64,000 nucleotides of DNA from Felis catus (lineage: Eukaryota), in NCBI RefSeq assembly GCF_018350175.1, contig NC_058368.1, forward strand, positions 48,610,001-48,674,000, given 5' to 3'. The notes under the pieces are model-generated. The model searched no databases. It worked only from the letters and a program-made list of their open reading frames with translations, and was not told the DNA's origin. Numbering within the stretch: the first letter of the stretch is position 1; every line of letters starts with the position of its first letter. This document shows, piece after piece, positions 47,904-58,980 of this stretch. The position numbers were made by a program, and so were the translations under genes.

Positions 47904-50811
47904 AACACTAAAGGCACTATCATCAGGAGCCGGACTCCTTTTTCACTGGCAACATACGTCCCACAGAGTGTGGCACTCACGGACGTCTCTGCATCAGCTC
48001 CTTTGCAGTGGTCCCAGCCCCAAGACCTGACACTGACAGGAGAGGCTGGCAAGGAAGGGCAGGGTATAGAAACTTGGTTTTAAGATGACACAAGGGAACT
48101 CTGGAATTAGCAAGCTCAAACGACTCATTTTACAAATAAGAAAACAACCCCTAACTTACCCAGGAGCACAAAGCTAATGAGAGACCGCGTCAAGATCGGA
48201 GCCCAGGCGTCCCTGCCTAGACATTTTCTCCCAGCTGTGTGGCCTCCCCATTCGTGTCATTCTGGACACATCAGTGTGCTCATATATTTTACTGAATATG
48301 TTAACATCAGGGGCTTTCACTCACTGGATAGTGTACTTTCCATTCTTGATAGAATTGCTTTTGCCCCATTTCTCAAAACATAAGGAATAGGTCTACGATC
48401 TTACTAAGAAATAGGACTCACGAGCTTAAACATTTCCACTGCACATCTATCCTGACTAAAATTCAGTGAGCAAAGATTTGACATTAAAGAAAATTAAAAT
48501 TCCATTAAAATATTATACTTTGTATTTACACATGACAATGGTGCCAAAGCGTCCTGACATCCCTATGAAAAAGTGGGGAATAAGCATAGTAACTAACATC
48601 TTATGGACAGGGAAGTTAAGACAAAAGTTAAATTTCTTGCTCAAGAGCATTTAGCAGAATAGGCAACAATGAACAAAACATCTCAAGTCCCAGGATACCA
48701 GCGATTGACAACATTACAAAAATATTTTAAAAGTGACAGAAAAAATCATGTTAAGAAAAACTACCAAAGGCAAGCTAACCTGAAGTTTTAATAAGTCAAA
48801 TTCTTCCCTGTACATTCTCACCAAAATGCCTCGCAGTCTTAGCAACACAAAAGTTGGAAATGTAGACATCAGTTTCTCAAATCTACTCCATTCACTTAAA
48901 TGTCTTTAAAAAGCAAAACCTTGGCTGCAACACAATTTATTTAGAAGGAGAAGAAAAAATGATGCCTTCTGCTGATGGGCTACAATAACAAATCAGTGCA
49001 AGGCATTTGCCTTGCCATCAGAGTATTTGAAGATAGTTGTAAATTGTAATTTCCTGGTTCTTTACAAGATGCAGTAGAAAGCAACAAGGCTTACCCCAGC
49101 AGCTCTGGTTTCTGTATCACCGTGAACATATGATGCTCATCCCCAGAGTATGGAAACAAATTGTGGGCATAATCAGCACCCATTAACCTACTCCCCATGG
49201 TTGGTATAACAAAGCCCTTCTCCCTCTGGGCTGGTCTTAACTTCTCTGTAGGCAGGGCTCACCAAGCCTCAGCACACGAAACAGTCAAGATGTGTCCACG
49301 GAATATTTTTCGTTTAACAGAGAAGGGTATGGATAAGCAATGGTGACAGTTGGAAGAAAAACAACAGCATCAATTTACCCTAAACACAGTTGTTCTAGGC
49401 AGTAGGCGGCCAGGAGGCAATAGCTCTAAAGCACCAACCCTAGGGCCAGGTTGCATGCATAAGGCCCGGGAACAAGTTCCAGGTGCAGCTGGCAGAGCAG
49501 ACATGGATAACAACAGACAAAGCAACCCCACGAGCCACCCTGGGTTGTACAAGAAAGGCAGAGGAAACAGGAACCATCTCGCTCGAGCAGTGCCAACCAC
49601 CTTCAAAGGCTATTCTCAACCCCGTTGAGCAAAGATGAGTGTGCCTGGGATCACAGACAGACAAATGCAACATCCGCCTGGAAGAGGGCAGAGGAAGAAG
49701 AGTCCAGGGGTTCCCACCCAGAGAAGATGCTTGAATAGGATTTAAGAGCTGTGGGAAGTGCAGAGGAGGAAGGAAGGGAGAGCAGAGAGGGAGAAGGAGA
49801 AAAGAACGGAGACCACACTGTGATCTGAAGTGAAAACCGAGGACCATATTGAGCATACACATCAGTGCATCAGTTATGCAACATACATGTAACCCACATT
49901 TCACTGACTGTCACTTCTTTCGGAAGCATCTGCTAGGGAGTTTTTTTCTTGTATGTTTGTTGGTAGTGTTTTTTTTTTTTTTTAAGGCCTGCTTTTATTG
50001 CTCACTTGTCATTCTACTTACAGTAAAGATTAATAACACTGCATATGGTGTGTGATGAATAAGAAATCCAACTTATATGGCACTAGGTGTGAAATTATGC
50101 AGTATACCCCTTTGACTGTAGAAGAATCCTATTTAACATGAAGAGTTTCCTACACAGACAGAAGTGAAAGTTGTTCAAGTATTTGCCATGCTTTGGTCTA
50201 CAAATAGGATCAGAAAAGTAATCTGCGAAAAAGAAAACCGGGCTACCCAGCTATATTGTCAACCTAAAAAATGTTCTTTCAAAGTTACAGTCAACTCCAA
50301 CTCATCAAAAATCTAGCCAACCAAAAAGCCAAGATGACCGTAATTTGTTTTGGCTATAATTCTACATGTAAAAGAGGAGTGGAAAAATATTGAGAAGCCA
50401 TGTCTGCCTCCTCTGGGAGGGAAGGGGAGTGAAATTCAACTCCGTGTAACAGAAGTCTGCATTCTTCCCCTGCCATTGTGGGGCCTAGTAAAGAAGGAAA
50501 CAGAAGACTCAGAAAATACGGCCTTTACGTGAGCAAAAGGAGGTCCAGAGCTGGGTCTGGTCATCAGAGCCAGAGAAAAGTTGTAATACTCTGCATAACT
50601 TAAGAGCTCAGAGTTATTCAAGTTGCTGGGAGCCATTGAGGAGAGCAAGAAAGAGGGTTACAGACTATGCTGGGCTGCCAGGCCCAAGCTGTTGAAAACT
50701 GATGAGGGAGTTTTACTAACACGGTCTAGGACCCAATTTCAAGCTTTTTGTTCCTGAACATGTAACTTTTCTATTTCCCTTGTCTTCATAAAGGTAATTC
50801 CACATGGTCTT

Positions 50812-50847
<36 letters not shown>

Positions 50848-51597
50848 CCAGGGCAAGGGGCTGTGTGTGTGCATGGGTAGGTACAAAGTGCAACAGGGAC
50901 AGCCAGTTTGAGACGGTGAGACACAAGAAGAGCTCAGGGGCCTCCTGTCCACAGTCTCCGCCCCATCCCCATAGACCAAGAGAAAACCCTGACCTCCTCC
51001 CATTACTTCTGAAAAGGGGCTAATTTCACTGGACTCTCAGAGAGCAGGTTACAGCAGGTTTTGTACCAAAAAGACAGATTTAAAACAATCAAAAGGGTGG
51101 CTACTACGATGTCTTTTAGAACCAGAACACTCGTGTAAGTTGAATTATCTATCACTGAAGAAGCGAATCTTCCAGCTGTGTCAATGACTTGCCTCCACCT
51201 CTTAAAGAGGAGGAGCAAATTACTTTTCCTATCAGCTAGTCATGGACACACAAGAGAGATGAGTTACATCATTTGCTACAAACTGCAACTTAATTCAACA
51301 CCTCTGAGAGAAAACATATCATCTGCTTTTAAGACTAGCATAAGAATTCAAATATTATTAGAGACAGCAACGTCTCCAAAGTTATTTTTGCTATACATCA
51401 GAGAAATCAGGAAAACAAAAGAGGGGAATGGTAACATGCAAAGGGAAAAGAGAAAGACAAAGAGCAAAAAGGAAAAAAGCCAAGAATGTACACTCAGGAG
51501 GAAGAAATGAAATGAGAGGAGGAGATATGGGGACACAGGGAGGGAGAAAATTTAAAAAAAAAAAAAAATGAAACAGTGGATGAATTCACCCTCCATA

Positions 51598-51798
51598 ATT
51601 TTTTTAAGTTTAATTACTTATTTTGAGTGAGAAGCACAAGTGAGACTGATGGGGGAGGGGCAGAGACAGAGGAGGGGGAGAGTCCTGAGCGGGCTCCAAA
51701 CTGTCTGCGCAGAGCTCGACGTGGGGCTCAAACCCACGAACCATGAGATCATGATCTGAGCCAAAATCGAGTCGGACACTTAACCAACTGAACCACCT
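51598..51798 (-). mobile_element. Can-SINE
   Basis: Reverse copy with T tail. Confidence 0.88.
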
Positions 51799-52289
51799 CT
51801 CCTAACTGTATGTAATTTATTTTAAGTTTCTTAGAGCCTCAGTTTTCTCATCTGTAAAACAGATACAACGAAATGTTTCTCATAATTTGATCACTTAAAA
51901 GCAACATATAAAAATATATGAAAGTATGTGCGTACCCATACACAGCCCAGAGTTAGATGTAGAAGGAAAGAGGAAATCTGAACATACAAAATGACCATGA
52001 ATGAAACCTGCCACTATGAACTTGGGGCTATTAGTCCTATTATCTACTCTCTCTGAAATGTTCGTTGATCTCTATTCACAGGTTTTAATTTCTCGATCTT
52101 TATTCCTTACAGAGCATTTATTTCAGTCCACCAGAAGGGAAACTAACTTTCCAGGACGCAGGGGTGAGGGCAGCGGGCCAAATCTAGACCTTGGTCCCTT
52201 GTGTAGATGACACAAAGGAAAATGCATCTTTCAAACAAGGGCCTTGAAGTCCTGAACAACAAAGTAACAATATTAGTCATCACAAGTCT

Positions 52290-52520
52290 ACATTTCTTTT
52301 GCTCTTCCTACACACCAGGCACCAAGCTAAGGTACGCAAGATCTATTCTTTCAAAACATCATGACAATCCTTTTAGATAGGTTCTATTATTAAGTTTACA
52401 CTACAAATGAGGAAACTGAGGCCCACAGACATTAAGTCACTTGTCCAAGGTCCCACAGCAATAATGGGTGAGATAGATTTCAAGCCCAACATTTAAAAAC
52501 GACACCAAATCTCATGAATC
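52290..52520 (-). mobile_element. MIR
   Basis: 'acaaatgaggaaactgaggcccacagacattaagtcacttgtccaaggtcccacagc' is a clear MIR core. Confidence 0.88.
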
Positions 52521-53804
52521 CTCAAGTACCTTCTAAGTATCAGAGAAAGCATAAATTACATCCCAGAAAGGCTTAATCTAACCCCACTGCACTGTTTCTT
52601 AATTTGCCCCCAAAACGGCAAGTCTACTATTGGACATATAGTACTTCGTAATTCGATTCATATATCTAATTTCCAAGATACTTCCTAGACTGTGAGGTTT
52701 CAGGTGAGAAAGACACTTTTGGGTCTCAGTTTTTTCATCTGTAAGGGCAAAAGTTCCAAGTGATGCCCCAAATTTTGTCAAATAAAAAATTACTTTGCAA
52801 TCCCTTCCCCCACCTTCCTAGGAATCCCAAGGCAGTTTTGATCTTCCTGCTGAAACATGATGGAAATCTCTGGATAAAAGTCTTTTGGAATAGTCTGAAG
52901 GAAGCAGTCACCTAAATAAAGGTTACGTTACTTGGATTTCACATTGCATAAATGAAGGCCATGCAGTGTCTTGAACCTTGACTTTATAGGAGAGCTTTGT
53001 TAAACTTTTAACAACGAGTAAGAAACGTCAAGGGCTGTGCCTGTGAAGCTAAAAATTTTAAGAAGTACACAGGAGCTCCTCATGTGTCAGTAATATAGAA
53101 ACACCTATGCCAAATACCTTGGCTGCTTCTTTTTCTTTTGCACCAGGGCCTGCTGTTCAGAATGAAAGTGCCAGCAGAATCTTCCTGAGTTGTCTGAGAC
53201 TGTGGTTACCCTACTTCTAATAAACAAGGCAGCTTCCTGTCTCTGGCTTCCCATTGCTCAACTGGGGTTGAATCATGGCAGCTTTTCACAGTCGTGACCC
53301 CTGAGTGCACTCACGCTAAAGAGTGTCTGCTTTGATTCACTCCCCGTTGTAGGAGAAGCTACTAATCAGAGAACACCTTACTTTGGGGGTTGAAAATACC
53401 TGCCATCAGTGAAGCTGAAAAAGAGTTCATTTCTTACCCTCAAACTCAGTATCTCATTAGGTCTGAATTTACCTCCATTTGGTTGATGTATGTGGACTTT
53501 TTCTCAGTCTCTAAAGGGATGAGGCTCTGTGTACACTTTTAGATGGTTTCGGAAGTGGTTAAAATAGCATCCGGTAGATGATTCTCTAATCAAATACTCA
53601 TTTATGCTTTTCTGAAGGATCTTGAATGACAGGGTCCACACGGCAGAGTTCAAAATCCGAAAATTAAAATGCATTTCAGGTTAAAAACTTTCTTCTTCAC
53701 AAGTGATAGATCTTTTTCTTAAGGGTTTGAAAATGCAACTTAACAGGATATTCTCCCACTTTGGGCCTGTCCAGCACAGTAATCCATTTGTTTTCAAGAT
53801 ACTG

Positions 53805-53810
<6 letters not shown>

Positions 53811-53862
<52 letters not shown>

Positions 53863-53905
53863 TATATATACACACATATATATATATGTATATATGTATA
53901 TATAT
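53811..53905. repeat. (TA)n(CA)n compound microsatellite
   Basis: Read directly from sequence. Confidence 0.95.
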
Positions 53906-54070
53906 CTCCCACTTCCTTTACTTCACTCAATCTCCTACAGGATTGCATCAGCAAAAGGGCAGGCTTTGCATCTGCAACCTTTTCAAGTAAACGAAAAAAG
54001 AAAAAGAAACCACCTCGCTCTATAAACAAAAGATTTCATCTCCAGCTTTCCACCATCCCGTTCTCCTTAC

Positions 54071-54370
54071 CCATGGCAACCCATTCTGTGGGACAGTCTT
54101 GGCATCTTGATATTGAGACACTGCTTCGGATAACCTGTAATAACTAAAACTCCTCTTCCCCTCCTTCTGCCTGGGCCATTACACTCGCCCTCATGCTTCC
54201 CAGAGATGTCAGAGTCCCAGCCGGTGTGAAATGCTGATGCTGTCAGTCAGCAGGAAAATTTTCTGCTTCTGCAAACCTCTCTCTCAGAGCTTCCTCTGTG
54301 CCGCACCTCCAGCTGCCTTGAAGCACCGTGTCAGTGTATTAAAATAGCTCTGCACTGATGACTTCACTAG
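54071..54370 (-). promoter_or_regulatory. Candidate internal promoter / alternative first exon (unconfirmed)
   Basis: Repeat-free, GC-richer; CRE-like tgacttca, TATA/MEF2-like ctattttaata, E-box cagctg, ending at gccATGG|gtaagg on minus. Confidence 0.3.
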
Positions 54371-56086
54371 TTCTCACAAACAGGCCAGTTGGCAGAACTC
54401 TCATGCAGTCTGCTTCTAACGGGAGGACATTTTTTCTTTCCCCACCACCCCTAATATGAATATTCAGTTTCATTTTGACTCCAGAGGAAGCCTCCTTTGT
54501 AAGGTTAAGTGCAGTACAAACCTCATGCAAAAATTTCAAAACCCTGCAAAGAGGCCTGAACTAAAAGAGCTAACCTATAGCCAGTATCGAGCACCCCAGT
54601 CTGTATTAGCATTTTTTGTGCTAAACTTCAAGGACATCAAAACTGCTAGGTATACTAACCTTACGTAACATGTTCTCATTTCATTCATTTTAGGGCCAAA
54701 TATCTTCCTGAAGAATGTCTGTGATAACCGATAATCAGATTTTTAAAGCATTATTTCTCATGTTTGCTCCTTTTCCACAAGAAAGCTGGCATACAGTATC
54801 AAAGTAAAAATTAATTACCACTCACCTAATAATTAATGTGTCAATGGTTTCTGAAATTGGAAGAAAAATGTGTAAGGCATTCATGCAACAGAAGAGGTAC
54901 TCTCTGTGGGATCACCAAATATTCTTATAATGTTGATAATTTTCCCTTATAGAATTTTTCACTTCCTTTTAGAGTAACCACATGCTAGTAAGAGAATATT
55001 CTATACAAAAAAAAAAAAAAAATAGGACCTTCTGATGTTCTGGCAACATAACTCAGTGCTACGTCCACACTGCACTTCGATTCCAAAAGAGAGCGTTTAG
55101 ATTAACTGCTTCAGTGCCCAATGGACATAAGATTTATGCCTGGAGAAAAAGCCCCCATATGATTGTATGGACATAGAACTAATGAAATAATTTGGTTCAC
55201 TGGTTTAAGATGGTTCCTCTAAAAGGGGTGCAATCACTGTTCCCAAAAGAGAGAAAGGCACTAACATTCTACTCCCACTGCCCCTCAATCCCTCTATGTC
55301 TGTCACAAACAGCATCTCCATGGCGCTGCCTTCTTGCAGACAGGATGGCAGGAAATCACCTCTCTCCAGTAGTCCCAACCTAAACATCGGACAGGAATCT
55401 TGAGAGAACACAGGGGCATATATATGAGAATGAATTTTTCAAATGCAATTTACAATGATCTGTTTACTCCATAAATATTTGCTAAGTATCCAGCATGTGG
55501 CAAGTACTATCCAGAGCCAACAAAGACGAATACTGCCCTCATGGATTTCACTCACTCAAAGATTTTTTAGTTAGGTATTATATAGCCACGCAGCCTTAAC
55601 AAGAAGACACACGATCGCTGCCATTTTTTCTTTATGTGAATGCAACGATTTAGAAAATTTGATTTTGATAGTATAGCCAAGGAAGTATTAGATTCCCTTA
55701 ATTATAAAAACCAGGGCCTTTTTGGGCATAGTTCAGAGAAATAATCATGAAATTAGAGTTATTATGTCTTTCTCCTGCAGAGGCTAATAAACAAAGATAC
55801 AATGGAGATTCGGAATGCTGAAAGGTCAACTCTAAATGTCATTACAGATATAATGATTCACACAGTGATAGAATGGGCTAGGTAGTCTGTGACAGTGACG
55901 ACACTAACCATCAAATCTCAAAACCATAAAGGACCTTAGTTAGAGCTAGTAAAACTCTCAGTTTTTACTAGTGATGTCTAGAAAGATAGCACGATTTGTG
56001 CACTCACATAGATGTTGTTATTTTGGAATCTATATGGTTTTTTTCACATCCTGCATCTTATCCAATTATACTACTCTGAGTCTGAT

Positions 56087-56090
<4 letters not shown>

Positions 56091-56172
<82 letters not shown>

Positions 56173-56460
56173 TATACTACCATGTGTCTGAATCATACAC
56201 AAAAACACATATGCACACATACACTGTGTCTGATTCACACATCCACATTGTATCACTGTGTTGAGTTCATACACACATATACATTATACCATCCTGTGTT
56301 TGATTCACATGCAAACACAACACGCATATATACACATATGTACACCGCACTGTTTGATTCATATACACAACTTATTCATGTATGTATCAATCTATTTTGT
56401 ATTACTGCATATATATACATACGCACACACTATACCACCATGTACCTAATTCATATGCAC
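56091..56460. repeat. (CT)n(CA)n microsatellite followed by a degenerate CA-rich minisatellite
   Basis: Six copies of a tgtgtYtgattcaYa-like core separated by CA/TA-rich spacers. Confidence 0.85.
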
Positions 56461-57101
56461 ATTCTTACATCTTAGTATATACACATATACACTAAAATAT
56501 ATAATAAATCACATTATATTCAAACTATTCAAAGTGAGAAATTCAAATGTGAAAGACACTCGGGACTATTTCAAAGTTATTAATATTTCTATTACGTAGC
56601 AATTTATCTGGACTCTCATTTACCTCCATCACAGTGTCTAGGGACTACACAGGAAATGACACATATCTAGGTATTTATGATGACGTGGAAATCTGGTGAC
56701 CCCTCTGGTATCCATTTGCATGAAAGCTTCTGTTTCTTGGCTCAAAGGTGAGGATCTTAGAACTGTTTGTGTTGTACTGTGCTCCATATTATCAGGTAAG
56801 GGGGTGGATATGCACAGCCACCAGAGACTCAGAACGGTATTGTGTGTCCTTGCTTCAGCACAAATATCCACTTTCTGAGACCATAAAGCAGTGTAGGAGT
56901 GATGTGGAGAAAGTGCCTGAGGCACATTGCTTAGGACCCTGGCTACAGAGTGTGACCTCAAGGGGCATTCCCTCTTCTGCTCAAGGGTTGACAATTCAGA
57001 GCACTCTGAATGATCCTTCTAAATATACAAAATTAGTGTTCTTACTGGAGTTAGAATTAGCAATGGAGAAGTTCTCTCAGAAGTTTTATGAAGTGAGCAA
57101 G

Positions 57102-57380
57102 AGACTGAAATTGAGAAGACGCTCCATGGTAACTAGCTGATGGAATGATTCATCAGTATACATTAAATGGCCCTGAATACCTATGGATAAGGTCTTCAAA
57201 AATGGTGTTCAAAATACCTGTGGTTTATTTTCTTAAAGCTGCATGTTTCCTGTTTAGAAATTATGCCTCATTTTTGAGAGTAGACTAGTAACCCAAATAC
57301 AGATTGAAATGCAAGAGATTCTTCCTGGTAACTAACTGATGGAAAGATTCATCAGTACACAGAAGGCGGCCCTGAGGACC
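57102..57380. repeat. Degenerate direct repeat, about 80-bp unit, 199-bp period
   Basis: 57102-57181 aligns with 57301-57380 (tggtaactaRctgatggaaWgattcatcagtaYaca...ggccctga). Confidence 0.85.
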
Positions 57381-58080
57381 CGCCCCTCAGAGGAGATTTT
57401 AAAAGGGGCTGGAAGTCCTGTAAGATGCAGGCAGGCGCATTGGGGGTGATGTGGCCTCTGCACATCCACAGTCTAGTAAGGCCTGTGGACCCAGAGAAAA
57501 TACTTAGCAGAGGAGACTATGAAGGGGAAATGGAGACGCCTTTGGGGGGTTTTCAGACCATACTATGTTATTCTAATAAAGTCTACTGAAGCAGATGGTG
57601 AATATTTTGAACACTCGCTTTCTTAAGCTACATGCTCTAATAGTCTAGTATGCTTTCTCCATCCATAAATAATTTCCCTTCATTATGAAATCTAGCCATT
57701 ACCAACTCATATACATATTATAAAGAAAGAGCCGGTACAAACTATGAGATAATCATTTTAGATAATAGTCTCGCAGTTTTAGTTAACATAGTGGGGGGAA
57801 AAAAACCACCAAGAAAATGGTAATGCAATCTGAATATATACCTCTGGGTCTCAGGCAGGAGAGTTTGACCTATCACTGAAAACATCAAAAACAGCTGCCC
57901 ATTGGGAAAAAGTCCTGCCAAACCAGATAAAACCATCACCCCAGTCTTGGAAGACAGCTGTAACAGGTTGCTAGTTAACCCTTACAAATGGGACATTGTT
58001 GCAAAAAAAAAGGAAATGCGCAGCTTTAAGAAAATAAACCATAAGTATTTTGAAGACCATCTTAAAGCCCTAAGCCAGAG
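57181..58080. repeat. Long-spacer inverted repeat, about 120-bp arms
   Basis: 57181-57302 is the reverse complement of 57958-58080; core 57202-57251 vs 58011-58060 has 44/50 identity. Confidence 0.9.
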
Positions 58081-58439
58081 CCCGAGATAAACATCTGCTA
58101 TGGACCAAAATGACCAAGCCGTCGTGGAAGTTTAAAGCCCAGGGTCGGAGGGGACATAAATAGCCAACTGCTTTCCACAATCTGGGATGAGCCCTATCAA
58201 GGAATACAGGGAAACCCTCAAAAACTAGCAGGTCAAGGACAAACTGCTCATTAGGCTTGACAAGAAGGAATTTGTGAGTAACCTCTCAAAGCGCTCCAAA
58301 GCAAATAAAAAATGTTGCTCAAAAAGATAACACCTTTGGAAACAAAGTAAGATTTTCTGTGAAGCATATATTTTAGATGAGAGAGAAAAAGAGAGAGACT
58401 GAGTAACTGTTTCTGTGGTCTTTATTAGGAGAAGTATTA

Positions 58440-58980
58440 ATACTGAAAATATCAACGTATATTTCGAAACAGGTTGCAGGAACTAAATCAAACAGTAATT
58501 AACTTAAGGGACAGTCTAAACCTAACTATTAAACTAGATGTAACAAAAATCTGATCGGCATGATCACAGAATTAAAAACTCAAGGTGGAATTTGTAAACC
58601 ACTGGCTCAAATATAAAATTTTAATTGCAAGCAGCCACTCCACAGAAGGATGTTAACAGGGTGCCCAGCCACAGAGCTGTCAAAACGAAGACCTTCCAAA
58701 CACTGAAGAAAATAACGTATTGAGGGACAAAAACAAACTGGAATTAATGATAGAACATGGTCGAGCGCTCTACTTGGGAGCAATCAACAGACTGGAAGAA
58801 ACCAAGGACCAGTTCTAAAAATCGCATTTTGCCGCGGTTAAAGCGGTAGACAAATGACCAAGAGACAGACGCAGAAGCAGGACTCCAAGCAGACAGGCGC
58901 TCAGAGGGGTCTCATCTAACATGTTTATAAATGACGTGGATGAGAAAATGCACAGGAAAGCAGGCAAGTTTGCATTAAAC
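58440..58980 (+). mobile_element. Ancient CR1/L3-like LINE reverse-transcriptase fossil
   Basis: Collinear degenerate peptides TQGGICK, QKDVNRVP, GQKQTGIN and SNMFINDVDEKMHRKAGKFA resemble CR1 RT motifs. Confidence 0.55.

Noticed and set aside
49350..49904. Overlapping ORFs up to 154 aa
   Set aside because: No recognisable homology; expected by chance in a GC-richer patch.
56172..56460. CRISPR-like repeat-spacer appearance
   Set aside because: Eukaryotic DNA, degenerate cores, low-complexity spacers of irregular length and no cas genes.
57127..57375. Possible C/D snoRNA pair (tgatg...ctga in both repeat copies)
   Set aside because: Only about 40 nt between the boxes, imperfect C box and no terminal stem.
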